Positions 12,880 to 25,476 of a DNA stretch of 64,000 nucleotides are shown here, piece after piece (position 1 is the stretch's first letter; every line of letters begins with the position of its first letter). The stretch covers positions 14,012,001 to 14,076,000 of the forward strand of contig OX597831.1 in assembly GCA_951406725.2 (NCBI GenBank). The letters run 5' to 3'. This stretch comes from Octopus vulgaris (Eukaryota). The position numbers and the translations under genes are program-made. The notes beneath the pieces are model-generated. The model was not told where the DNA came from. It worked only from the letters and a program-made list of their open reading frames with translations, and did no database searches.

Positions 12880-13082
12880 TTTGGGCACAAGGCCAGACAT
12901 TTCGTGGGGTGGGTGGGAATTGATTTTATCGACCTCATTGTTCAACTGGTACTTATTTTATCGACTCCGAAAGGATGAAAGGCAAAGTCGACCTCGGCAG
13001 GATTTGAACTCAGAGGCTAAACCCCGGAAGAAATACTGCCAAACATTTTGTCCGGCGTGTTAGCGATTCTGCCAGCTCACCC
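12880..13082 (-). mobile_element. Nin/Deu-domain tRNA SINE (family B)
   Basis: Reverse complement has GGTGAGCTGGCAGAATCG head, GAGTTCAAATCC B-box and GACTTTGCCTTTCATCCTTTCGGAGTCGATAAAATAAGTACCAG. Confidence 0.8.
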
Positions 13083-13319
13083 AATAGTATCACGTGCAAC
13101 AGCAAAAGCCACTACAACAACAACAACTGCGGCAAATACAACAGCGACCACATTGACCACAGCACTATAACTGCAACTGCAACAACAACAACAACAACAA
13201 CAACAAAAAATAACAAGAACGGCAACAACAATAGCAACAAGAGTACTAAGAATAAAAACAATAACAATCAAACTGCTACCACCACCACCACCACCACCAC
13301 AACAACAACAACAACAACA

Positions 13320-13369
<50 letters not shown>

Positions 13370-14586
13370 AGGGATTAACTGAGTCCATGTCTGTAATTAA
13401 CAACTTCTTATTGTATTCCACCCGTTATATTTACCCAGATGGTCAGGAAAGAAAGTGAGATTGTTTTCTTAATGTCTCCATTGTGTAATCGGTGAAGTTA
13501 TTTTTTTCTTTTACTTCCGTTTCCGGTTCACAAAACAAACAGTTAACGGCGAACATTAAGTTGTTTTTCTTTTAATTTTTGCTTTTACTTTTTTATTTTA
13601 TTTTTTTTTATGTATTACTCTTATCGGAATTAAAGGGAGTGATTGTTGTAAAAATAGATTCTCGACTGAATCAATTTTTTTTAGTTTTTTGTCTTTTCAC
13701 CTTGCAATATTAAAAGGAATTCATATGTGTGAGTGCTTTGCGTTCAGTCCCACAGCGCAGAATCTCGGGCAAGTGTCTTTTACAACAGCAGCCTGGCCGC
13801 CCAATGAATTCTGTATATTTTATATATTCGATATTTATTTTGTTTGTATATTTACATTCATATTCGCACCCACTACCTGTGTCGTGTTTGTCTTCGTTAC
13901 TTTCCTTAACATTCGGCCATTATTCCCAGCAGCTTTTCGCTGATGACGCCATCAAAAATGAACAATATCATTGTTAAAGGCGTGAAATTGTAACGGTGTT
14001 TTGGACAATAACTGACGAGGAAAGGCATGCCTATGTCTTGTGTGTGAATCTTTCGTTTCTTCCATTGTCCTTCATATATATATATCCCCTCTCTCTCTGT
14101 CCCTTCCTTCCCCTATTCTCGCTCTCTCTCTCTCCCTCTCTCTCATCCTCCTTTCCGTATATCTGCTTCCCACACCTTTTCGCCACCGGACGCCTAGCGT
14201 GCTGGTCAACTTTTTCTCCTCTCTTACTATTTCCCTTTCTATATCCATTGATGATTTCTTCCACGCGTTAATCCAACACTGTCGTGTTTTGGCCAAAAAG
14301 CTGTATTTTGCTGTCTTCCGCAATCATTTCAAATTACATTTGTTTACTTTCGTACGTCTCTCTAAAGGAGATTAATCAGCGACAGCTTTAGTCTTATATT
14401 TATAGACTACCATATTAGTATGGCGATAACTATTAATATCCAGTAACGCTGCCGTAATCTCCTTTAGAGAAACTTAGTAATTTTAATATTTCTATTATTT
14501 AAAACAAGTGGATGTATTCCACTGTAACTAGATAAATAAAATCTTCGAACAGACGGTCAGTAGCGACACCTGCGGGTCTGACTACG

Positions 14587-14627
14587 CTGCAATGATAAAG
14601 GGCAACAACCCTGAAACATGTCTGCAG
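14587..14627 (+). ncRNA. Minimal type I hammerhead fold with mutated core
   Basis: CTGCA ATGATAA AGGG CAACAA CCCT GAAAC AT GTC TGCAG: perfect stems I and II, palindromic ACATGT stem III; core ATGATAA instead of CTGATGA. Confidence 0.6.
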
Positions 14628-15020
14628 ATGTCTGACTAGCAAGGTGAAGCGGCTGACCTCCCCCGGTTCGAAGGTTTGTAATGGACGCAGGTTCGTGTGT
14701 CAAATAGCTAGCTAGAGGCGATGGTACATTGTAACGAAAATGCACATTGTAAATAAAAAAAGGCTTTTTATGAAAGGTAACGACAAATATATGCATTTAG
14801 ATGGATTGAGGTAGTAATAAAAGTCATAAAAGTCATTATTATGAGATGATTATAAAGATTATTATGAGATGGTTTCCGCAAAGCTATTCATTACTTTGTA
14901 TACCTATTATCTTAAGGAAATCAACTCCCACAAAATATTAGATATTGAACCAGTATTTCCATGGATGATACCATCCCTTCATGGGACTAACATACCTTCT
15001 AATCGAATATATATATATAT

Positions 15021-15071
<51 letters not shown>

Positions 15072-15219
15072 AAGCGAGAGTCAGGTAGACAGAAAATTGA
15101 GAAGACTAGCTGGAAAGTTAGCAACGGAATGGACTCCGCTAAAGACACTCAGTAATGTAAAATAGCGGTTAGAAAATTACGATTTTGAAATCTCACAACA
15201 TGAGATATTCAGCAATGGT

Positions 15220-15470
15220 GCTTTGTAATAAAGATTGTTTGCCAACATAACATGGCAGTCCTGGTTTAGGACGAATGTTGCTGTAATTTAGCCCCATCTG
15301 GCTATACGTCATGTTCTGTGTCCTTATATTCCTTTGTTTCCAAGATTCCTTTGTTCGAAAATATAAGGACACGAGTCGTGTCATATAGCCAGCTGGGGCT
15401 AAATTACAGCAACATTCGTCCTAAACCAAGTCTGCCATGTTATGTTGGCAAACAATCTTTACTATGAAGT
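15220..15470. mobile_element. Palindromic MITE-like repeat
   Basis: About 110-bp inverted arms (15220-15330 / 15360-15470). Related single arms at 58070-58237 and 58430-58520. Confidence 0.7.
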
Positions 15471-15732
15471 AGCGGTGTTTACCAGGACAATGCGTCCATC
15501 ATCCTAGAATAGATGCAATTCTTCTCTTATCTAATTATGCAACTATCAATGCTTTGGTCAGCCAAACAAAAGTTTCTTGATGTCAGATCGAACACGGAAC
15601 CACGTAATTGCGTGAGCAAACACTGGTACCCGTTGAGCATCAATTCTAAAATGAAAGTATCGTGTCGCAGAGTTCAAAGGATTTAATACATAAAAATACT
15701 TTCTACTCTCGGACTTAGAAGCCAGATTTTTT

Positions 15733-15814
<82 letters not shown>

Positions 15815-16021
15815 GATATTGTATTTATGAAGACGTCTATTTTCAGAACGCTATGGTGAAACAAATATTCTATTATGTAACATGAAGATAAGCTCGAATA
15901 GAATAGAGTACGGAATTCTCAGAAGCGAGAGATAGGCTGAAAAGAAAACACGAAGCCGGACACATTTAATTCCATGCATATAGTAGTAGTAATCGTAGTG
16001 ATGGTGGTGGTAGTGGTGGTA

Positions 16022-16074
<53 letters not shown>

Positions 16075-16173
16075 TCATATCGCATTGGTTGAACAAAAGT
16101 GTCTTTGGTTGTGTATATAGACGCATAAATGCATATAGATATATACATATGTATATATGTATGTATGTGTATG

Positions 16174-16207
<34 letters not shown>

Positions 16208-16235
16208 TTCATGTATATATTTGTGCGTGTGTATG

Positions 16236-16268
<33 letters not shown>

Positions 16269-16322
16269 ACATATATATACATATATATAAATGTAAATAT
16301 ATATATATATATACATACATAC

Positions 16323-16365
<43 letters not shown>

Positions 16366-16404
16366 CATATATATGAATGTATATATAGTATATAAATACA
16401 TATT

Positions 16405-16536
16405 ATTCTTTGTAAGCCTAGTACTTATTCTAACGGTGTTTTTTGCCGACCTGCTAAGTTACGGGGACGTAAACACACCAGCATCGGTTGTCATGCGATG
16501 TTGTGGAGGGGTACAAACACACACACATACACATAC

Positions 16537-16600
<64 letters not shown>

Positions 16601-16621
16601 GGATGCATACATATATATATA

Positions 16622-16673
<52 letters not shown>

Positions 16674-17001
16674 TTTTGACCTGTTACTTGTTTCAGACAT
16701 TAGACTGCGGCCACGCTGGGGCACCGCCTTTAGCTGAAAGGTTACGGGGATATAAACACACCAACACCTGTTATGAAGCGGCCGTGGGCGGCGGGGGGGG
16801 GGGGGGACAGACACGCAGATATACACATATACAGGTATTTATACACGACGGGCTTCTTACAGTTTCCGTCTACTAAATCCACTCAGAAGGCTTTGGTGGG
16901 CTCGAAGCTATTGTAGAAAATATATTTGCCCAAGGTGTTACGCAGTGGGATCGAACCCGGAACCATGTGGTTGGGAATCAACCTTCTTACCACACAGCCA
17001 T
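16405..17001 (-). mobile_element. SINE family A, compound copy with two 3' parts
   Basis: Body fragment 16405-16525, (GATA)n/(TA)n, then tail, body and head at 16680-17001. Confidence 0.7.
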
Positions 17002-17339
17002 AAATAGATATATTTTCGGAACTCATTTAGATTGCGCTATCTTTTCTTCATTTTATAATTAGAATTCGAAGCACCTCCTTCGCCATCCTTCACTCCCTTT
17101 CTCTCTTTATGTGTGTGCATTTGAGCATGTGAGCAAATGTGTGTGTGTGTGATGAGTGCTGCATGTGTGTATGCGCTGCGTGTGCATGTGTGATCTTTTC
17201 TCTGTGTGTTAGTGTGTGTGTGGGGGGGGTTATGTGTATGTGTGTGTGTGTGTGTCTGTGATCACTAGCACAAAAGTTGTATGGAAATGAAAGGGCAGAG
17301 GGAAGTACTGACCATAAAATTTAGAGATATTTATAGGAA

Positions 17340-17517
17340 CATCATTTACATTATTTACATTATTTACATTATTTACATTTGACGGATCTTCATCTTATTT
17401 CTTGTTAACACAACGTTTCAGCTGATATACCCTCCAGCCTTCATCAGATGTCTTGAGGAAATTTCAAATCTGAGTTCGCATTCTTAAGGTATTTTTCGAT
17501 GTTATTATCATTATCAA

Positions 17518-17550
<33 letters not shown>

Positions 17551-17555
17551 CATCA

Positions 17556-17640
<85 letters not shown>

Positions 17641-17648
17641 CATCATCA

Positions 17649-17685
<37 letters not shown>

Positions 17686-17694
17686 CATTATCAA

Positions 17695-17730
<36 letters not shown>

Positions 17731-17744
17731 CATCATCATCATCA

Positions 17745-17811
<67 letters not shown>

Positions 17812-18046
17812 CATTATTATTATCATTATTATTATTATTATTATCATTATTATTATTATTATTAAGTGTGAGAGCAGTGCATGCCATCAAAGTGACACTG
17901 GGGTAAAAATATACGAAGCCCAGTATACCCATCATGACTTATTATTATTATTATCATTATCATTATTATTATTCAGGTCACCGCCTGAAATCGATCTCGG
18001 AATCTTGGGGTTCGTAGCCCACGCTCTTAACCACATCTCTTAAATG
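17340..18046 (-). mobile_element. tRNA-(AAT)n-hammerhead element with candidate 10-bp TSD
   Basis: tRNA-like head 17974-18034, (ATT)n spacer, hammerhead 17407-17452, (AATGTAAAT)n tail. TTTATAGGAA flanks it at 17330-17339 and 18047-18056. Confidence 0.8.
17407..17452 (-). ncRNA. Type I hammerhead ribozyme, intact core
   Basis: GACAT CTGATGA A GGCTG GAGGGTATAT CAGCT GAAAC GTT GTGTT; palindromic ACGT stem III. Confidence 0.8.
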
Positions 18047-18327
18047 TTTATAGGAAATTGAAAACTTCATCAGCTGTTAAATCATTCCAGCGAGTAATAT
18101 GTGCAAGTGAGTGAATGAGTGAGTGTATGTGTATATATATTTATATATACATTCATATATATACACACATGCATACATGCATACATATACATATTTATAT
18201 ATATATATGCATGTAAATATATAAATATTAATATATATATATATATTTATGTATGTATGTACGTATGTGTACATATACATTAATGTATATATAAATATAC
18301 ATACATACAGATGTAGATACACATATC

Positions 18328-18740
18328 TGGCTGTGTTGTAAGAAGCTTCCTTCTCAACCATATGGTTCCGGGTTCAGTCCCATGCATGGTACCTTGTGCA
18401 AGTGTCTTCTACTATAACCTCGGGCTGACAAAACTTTGTGAGTGAATTTGGTAGGCGGAAACTAAAAGAAGCCTGTCGTATATATATATGTGTGTGTGTG
18501 CGTGTTTGTGTGTGTTTGTATGTGTGTATGTATATATTTGTATGTTTGTGTCGTTGTTCGTCCCTCTGCCATCGTTTGTCAACCGATGTTGGTGTGTCCC
18601 CGTAAATTAGCGGTTCGGCAAAAGAGTTCGATAGAATAAGTACTCGGCTCACAAAAATTAAGTCCTGGGGTTGAATTGCTCGACTAAAGGTGGTGCTCCA
18701 GGATGGCCGCAGTAAAATGACTGAAATAAGTAAAAGGAAA
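18328..18740 (+). mobile_element. SINE family A, full length
   Basis: Head TGGCTGTGTTGTAAG..GGGTTCAGTCC, internal (TA)/(TG) tract, tail GGTGGTGCTCCAGGATGGCCGCAG..TGACTGAAA. Confidence 0.85.
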
Positions 18741-19291
18741 AATGAAATATAAATACATAAATATACATACATAATTACATATATATGTGTGTGTGTATGT
18801 GTATATATATATATATACATGTGTGTATATGTATATATATATATATATACATGTATATATATATACATATATAAATACCTAAATACATACATAACATACA
18901 TACATACATACATACATACATACATACATACATACATACATACATACATTCATACATACATATATATACAAACGCAAAATTCTGGGTTACATCAGCATGT
19001 GCTAAACATTACAGTTTTCCATATGTAGGTCTTGAACCGTTTCTACGAATAGCAAAGCTTATTTCGTTGCCATCGAATACTCCTCAGCTTCGCAATTTAT
19101 GCCAATTTAACCCAGGAAGTGATATTAAATGAATTTAAAAATATCACTTTAACTTCCATCTCCTTCAACAACCAAAACAGCGAAAATATTCACATCATCA
19201 TCATCATTATCATCATCATCGTCGTCGTCGTCGTCATCATCATCATCATCATCGTCGTCCTCTTCATTATTATTTTTTTTCTTTTTATCAT

Positions 19292-19652
19292 AGGCGCAGG
19301 AGTGGCAGTGTGGTAAGTAGCTTGTCTACCAGCCACATGGTTCCGGGTTCAGTCTCACTGCGTGGCACCTTGGGCAAGTGTCTTCTACTATAGCCTCAGG
19401 CCAACCAAAGCCTTGTGAGTGGATTTGGTAGACGGAAACTGAAATATGCCCGTCGTATATATGTATATATATATATATATGCGTGTTTGTGTTTGTGTGT
19501 CTGTGTTTGTCTCCTAGCATTGCTTGACAACCAATGCTGGTGTGTTTATGTCCCCGTTACTTAGCGGTTCGGCAAAAGAGACCGATAGAATAAGTACTGG
19601 GCTTACAAAAGAATAAGTCCCGGGGTCGAGTTGCTCGATTAAAGGCGGTGCA
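19292..19652 (+). mobile_element. SINE family A, tail truncated
   Basis: GGCGCAGGAGTGGCAGTGTGGTAAG head and ACCTTGGGCAAGT CORE-like motif. Confidence 0.85.
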
Positions 19653-19699
19653 CACGCAGCGCATACACACATGCAGCACTCATCACACACACACACATT

Positions 19700-19875
19700 T
19701 GCTCCCTAATACTTTCCAGAAAATTTTGGCCTGACTATTCTGACCTTTGGTTATAGTTCTACTGGGCACTCTCTTCCAATTTCCTTCATATTCCTCTTAA
19801 TACCTTCTGATACTCTTCCCAGGGGCCCAACAATAAGTTGCACTCTCTTCACCTTCGACGTTTTTGAGACGAACT
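19700..19875 (-). mobile_element. Highly degraded R4/Dong-like C-terminal fragment
   Basis: Minus strand KVKRVQLIVGPLGRVSEGIK resembles the IPIIVGALG motif of the other copies. Confidence 0.45.
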
Positions 19876-19959
19876 TTGTGTAAAAAAAAATTATTTATTT
19901 TGTGTTTTGTGTTTTATTTACTTTGCTAGGTGGTCATTTTAGGATCGACAAGTCACGAC

Positions 19960-20317
19960 TAGTTAGTTAGTTAGTTAGTTAGTTAGTTTGTTAATTTGGC
20001 TCAAATGCAAATAGCAAGGCCATGTAGGGGGACATGGAGTTAAGTACAGGGTGGTGTTCATGTAAAGAGTTCAGGCCACTTGAGGTCCAGGGAGGCTTTG
20101 AACAAAGCGGTCGTCGGCATCTTCACCATCTCGTCTGGCAGCTTGTTCCACGGATCCGCAACCCGGACGGAGAAAGCTTCTCTCCTTCGATTGAGATGAA
20201 ATCGTCGCAGGTAGAGCTTTTCGGAATGACCCGAAAAGCTCTACCTGCGACGATTTCATCTCAATCGAAGGAGAGGAGCTTTCTCCGTCCGGGTTGCGGA
20301 TCCGTGGAACAAGCTGC
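19960..20317 (-). mobile_element. CR1-like LINE 3' end with (TAAC)n tail and inverted duplication
   Basis: Minus strand GHSEKLYLRRFHLNRRR..FSVRVADPWNKLP..FKASLD (CR1-type C-terminus). 87-bp arms at 20138-20224 and 20231-20317. Confidence 0.8.
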
Positions 20318-20702
20318 TGATGCGTGAGTACGCGAATGCGCGCACCGGGACCATTGTTGTTGTTGTTATCGTCATTATTCTTATTAAGGTAACGAGCTGG
20401 TGCCTAGCGGTATTTCGTCCCTCTTTTCGTTCTGAGGTCAAATGCAGCCGAAATCGACCTTGCTTTACATCGTTTCCGGATCGATAAAATAACAGCTGTT
20501 GAGCAGGGGAACCGATGTAGTCAACTGGACCCACTCCGTCAAATTGCAGACCCCGTCCTTAGAGAATAAAGGATTATTATTCCCGTTATTATTTAAGCTG
20601 CGAACTGGTCTACCTGTTAGCATGCCGGACCACATAAGTAGTGGCGTTTTTTCCGGTTCTTTACGTTTTGATCTCAAATAACACCGATGTGAGTGTGTGT
20701 AA

Positions 20703-20786
<84 letters not shown>

Positions 20787-20848
20787 ATGTGTGTGTGTGT
20801 GTGTGAAGTTTACTTTCAGTTTAAACGGTAAATTGGTTCCTTTAATCA

Positions 20849-20884
<36 letters not shown>

Positions 20885-21174
20885 CATATTTGTTTGTGTA
20901 TGTATAGTATGTGTGTGAGAGTGTCTTTCCGATTGTGTGTGCATGTGTGTGCAGCAGATTGTTAGTACGAGTATGCATTCGTGCTGACAATTTGATAAGA
21001 TAGTCAACAGATTCAATATCAAATTTCCTAATTATCCTACAGCAACTTTAATTATATTACTTACAGTAAATAATGTTGCCGAAGTCGTCATCATCATCAT
21101 CATCCTCATCATCATCATCAACATCATCATCATCATCATCGTCGTCGTCGTCGTCGTCATCGTCATCATCATCA

Positions 21175-21390
21175 AGGCCGCGAGTTGGCAGAATCGCTAG
21201 CACGCTGAGCAGAAATGCTAAGCGGCATTTCATACGTCTTTACGTTCTGAGTTCAAATTCCCCGAGGTTGACTTTGCCGTTCATCCTTTTCGGATCGATA
21301 AAATAAGTACCAGCTATAAACACTGGCGTCGATGTAATTGATTTCTCTTTCTCTAAAATTTGCTGGCCTTGTGCCAAAGTTTGGAACCAG
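21175..21390 (+). mobile_element. SINE family B
   Basis: Head, B-box and Nin-like domain. Similar copies at 20385-20560, 22398-22615, 41675-41880(-), 43580-43790, 45590-45740(-) and 59545-60140. Confidence 0.8.
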
Positions 21391-21659
21391 TGTGTCTTAA
21401 TTGGTTGCTATGGTGATAGGAATCAAGCGCACCGTTTGATATTTATGTAAAATGTGAAACCATTGACAATATGTACGACCTTTAAAGAGAGATCAATCGG
21501 TCGGATGCAAGCAGCATTTGTGGTATTTCTTCGGCAGATAACCACAAGCAGTGAGGACGATTGACCTCGGTTCTATCTTGGAATTGCAAAACCAGATAAG
21601 ACCGAGTTTGATCTAGTTTCTTTTGGGCCACTTACTGGTTGAAGTACACATAGAACAGG

Positions 21660-22240
21660 CGAGATAGAGAGGTGGGGTAGAAAGAAAGAAAGAGAGAGAG
21701 AGAGAATGAGAGAGAAAGAAATGAATAGGTGGATGGGTAGGGGCGGGAAGGAGAAGAACCTGAAGGGAGAATATGTTGGGGGGTGGAGCGTAAAGGATGG
21801 CGAGGAAGTTCAATAAATGGAGATGATAAGAAAGGGCATTTAGAGGAGAGATAGGGAAGTAGGACATAGTTGGAGGGGATAAGGATATAGAAAGAGGCAG
21901 GGCGAGAGAGAGAGGGGGGAGACGGCGAGAGAGGGGGAGAGGGAGAATGAAAGAAAAGTGTAAGACGGTGAAGAATATAAGGAAGAAATAGAAAACGGTG
22001 GAAGGTGAAAGTGGGAGGAAATTGGAAATGGAAGAAGAAGAAGAAGAAGAAGAAGAAGAAGAGGAGGAGGAGGAGGAGGAGGAGGAGGTAAAGAAGAAGA
22101 AGGAGGAGGAGGAGGAGGAGGAGGTAAAGAAGAAGAAGAAGATGATGATGAGAGACACAAATAGTGAAGAAAGATCCGAGTGGTCTGAAAAGCGAGATGA
22201 ATGAGGGAACGGAGTGGAGGGAGGTGTGGCAAAGAGAGCT
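21660..22240. repeat. Polypurine low-complexity tract with (GAA)n/(GAG)n
   Basis: Direct reading. Confidence 0.85.
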
Positions 22241-22632
22241 ATGACGTCATAGATTGGAGGCACGCAATCGCACTCATACAATTACATACGTACACTTATA
22301 CGAGATAAACGGAAAAAAGAGGTTCTCAACCCCTCTAGTAGGAATTACATATACTACTACTACTACTACTACTACTACTATCATTATTATTATCCTTAAG
22401 GCGGTGAGCTGGCAGAATCGGTAGCACGCCGGGCGAAGAGCCTAGAAATATTTCGTCTGTCGCTACATTCCGAGTTCATATTCCATCGAGGTCGAATTTG
22501 CCTTTCATCCTCACGGGGTCTATAAATTAAGTCCCAGTAAAACACTGGGGTCGATATGATCGACTAGTACCCTCCCACAAATTCCAAGCCTTTTGCTTAT
22601 AATAGAAAGGATTATTATTATTATTATTATTA

Positions 22633-22694
<62 letters not shown>

Positions 22695-22721
22695 ACAACA
22701 ACATCATACGAGGGAACAAGG

Positions 22722-22795
22722 AATGCCTTGGTGCAATGATAGAGCGTCTGGCATCAGTTCCGAGAAGATTCGGGTTCAAATCTCACAAGCAGCGT
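22722..22795 (+). pseudogene. Isolated tRNA-like sequence (SINE head or tRNA pseudogene)
   Basis: A-box-like TGGTGCAATGATAGAGCG and B-box GGGTTCAAATCTC; I could not close a clean cloverleaf. Confidence 0.4.
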
Positions 22796-22867
22796 TCAGT
22801 CGTTTTCCATCTTTATTAAACCAATAATCAACTCGAACCCTCGTCGTCGTAACCGACGGAGTGCCAC

Positions 22868-22929
<62 letters not shown>

Positions 22930-24052
22930 TGAATACATTTACAAATATATGTACTTGGTTATATATAGGCAATCTTATGGACACACATAGATAAATACAA
23001 ACATGCATATTCGTACGCGTACATACATGTATACATGTGAGTATGTATACTTATACCGATAAAATCCCAGCGTAATTCAAAGCTGTTATTCGTTCACTAA
23101 TTTACTACACGACAAGCGACCATGTCACAAAAGAAATTGTTAGCCGTTAGCTATCGACACAAACAGCATTCAGTAAACCCCATCATTCAATAACACAACA
23201 GTTCATATCGTTTGTTAGTTTTTAGTTCCATGTGGTTGTTGTTTGTTTTGTTTGTTTGTTCTTATAATTGTTACTATTGAATGCTACTAGCGTGTTATAA
23301 AGTTACAGGATGGCAACAGCAGGAAGCGAAACAATGAACAGATCAATATCCTCGAATAGTTAATTAACTGTATCTCTTTTAGTACTGTCTTTATTCTCAA
23401 GCAAATAATTAATATTTAAAAATATATAATATTATAATTGGAATTTTCATTAACAAAAATTGGGAAATGGTCTCCCTTGTGTTTGAAATGATCTCCTTCG
23501 CATTTTTTACCAGAATTGTTTCATCTCACCTCGAGTGATAATTATTTCAAATTTATATACTTATTCCATTAAATATGTTAACACTGATCTTACTATTCGC
23601 TTTTTATGCAGGCCATGCCCCTAGGTATATTTCACACCCCCTCTTTATTTCAGTTCTCCCCCTCCCCATATGCTACATAACAACTTTCAGTTTATTTGGC
23701 AATACTACTAAACAGTGTGCTTCGCTAAGGAGGTCGAATGAAACTAAAACATGTCCAGAGTTATCACTACACTGCTTTGATTAAACTTACTTCCCACTTT
23801 GTTACACACATTCATTATTATAATTAATTTTAATTAATTAAAATGCTGAGATTGTCTCCCTTTCCTGCCTTTGCTAGAATTTAAGATATTTATTATTTCT
23901 TCGCATTACAGATGTGATTTAATGTTGTCATTCATCAAATCATTCCACCGAGGTCGACTTTCCTTTCGTCCATTCGGGGTCGGTAAATTAAGTACCAGGG
24001 GTACTTAACCAAGACTTTCTCCTACCCCAAAATTTCAGGCTTTATGCCTACA

Positions 24053-24359
24053 ATCACGTGATCACGTGACCGACCAGGCTATCAGATGCTGCTACACATC
24101 GCTGGTCACAATGCGCTTCACATTGTTGTAGCCTTCAAATGACGCCACCCCACTGGCTAAGCGAGCAGGCCAACAGAAGAAAGAGTGAAAGTTGTGGCGA
24201 AAGAGTACAGCAGGGATCGCCACCACCTCCTGTCGGAGACCCGTGGAGCTTTAGGTGTTTTCGCTCAATAAACACTCACAACGCCCGGTCTGGGAATCGA
24301 AATCGCGATCCTACGACCGCGAGTCTGCTGCCCTAACCACTGGGTAATTGCACCTCCAC
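24053..24359 (-). mobile_element. tRNA SINE with (CACGTGAT)n tail, nested in a family B SINE, 9-bp TSD
   Basis: ATGCCTACA at 24044-24052 and 24360-24368. Head TGGAGGTGCAATTACCCAGTGGTTAGG..TTCGATTCCC on the minus strand. Confidence 0.85.
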
Positions 24360-24819
24360 ATGCCTACAGTAGAAAGGATTATTGATCAGATAGTCTTGGC
24401 TTTTCTATATCGGACAGGCTTTTCTTTCATTTTTACATGACAATTATTTTGCTGTGTCCTTGTAACCGATAAGAGGTTATCATCATTGAACGGTAATGGA
24501 GACGAACGCCGTAGAAAACCACTGGCCGTTGAAGATTACATCGTCCAAATATCAACAACAAAGGGACCACAACTCAGTTGGTGTCGTAGTCGTCTCGATT
24601 TGGCAAGGGTTCAAGATGCTCCCGGACAATTTCGAAGGCCCTGTTCCTAAAAAATGATCAGAGCAGGAAGCGGTCAGAACCATGGAAGAACCATAAACCA
24701 AATTAAGCGATGCATTCTCACTTCTATATCATAGGACAGCCCCTTATTTGTTTATTTCGGCACTAAATTCCTAATAAGACTCCAAAATTATTATTATTGT
24801 TGTTATTATTATTATTATT

Positions 24820-25297
24820 TTATGTTTGACATTTGCTTTGCATTTGTACAAGTTGGCTCCAAGTCTCATCCACAGACCTCAAGAGACAAGTTAGAAGTTC
24901 ATGTTGGTGTGGTGCCTAGGGTGCAATATATATTTGGTTTTGTACATAGTGTTGTTCTAGAGAATGTTTAAGAAAGCATAAAACAATTGTGTTTGTTTTA
25001 AAAATTGAGATTACATAGACTGTATTTTACGTAGGATATGGACAGTTCCCATGAGCACTATCTCTTAAATTTCTGCGATTTGGGGGTTTCCTGGTATCTG
25101 AGCTAGGTAGCAATCAGCCCCTTTTGCTATCATTCCTAAGGCACCTATGACAACAGGTATTGTTTTAGTCTTGAGGTTCCACATTTTGCTAATTTCTATT
25201 TCAAGATCTTTATATTTGCTCAGTTTTTGGTAGGTCCTGACAAATACGTTTATATCGATTGGAACAGTCATATCAATGAGAAGGTATGATTTTTGTT
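24820..25297 (-). mobile_element. R4/Dong-like non-LTR 3' fragment in (ATT)n
   Basis: KLSKYKDLEIEISKMWNLKTKTIPVVIGALG and GTVHILRK; ATT repeats on both sides. Confidence 0.85.
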
Positions 25298-25321
25298 CAT
25301 TATCATTATTATTATTATTAT

Positions 25322-25363
<42 letters not shown>

Positions 25364-25433
25364 CAGTAGCAGCAGCAGCAGCAGCAGCAGCAATGGTGAT
25401 GACAGTAGCTGTGGCAATTTCTGTAGAAGACGA

Positions 25434-25476
<43 letters not shown>

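Noticed and set aside
13936-13997. CTGATGA CGCC..GGCGT GAAATTGTA hammerhead-like motif
   Set aside because: Stem II pairs but stems I and III are weak; left out of the count.
21613-22281. 222-aa ORF / poly-Glu ORF
   Set aside because: Polypurine low complexity.
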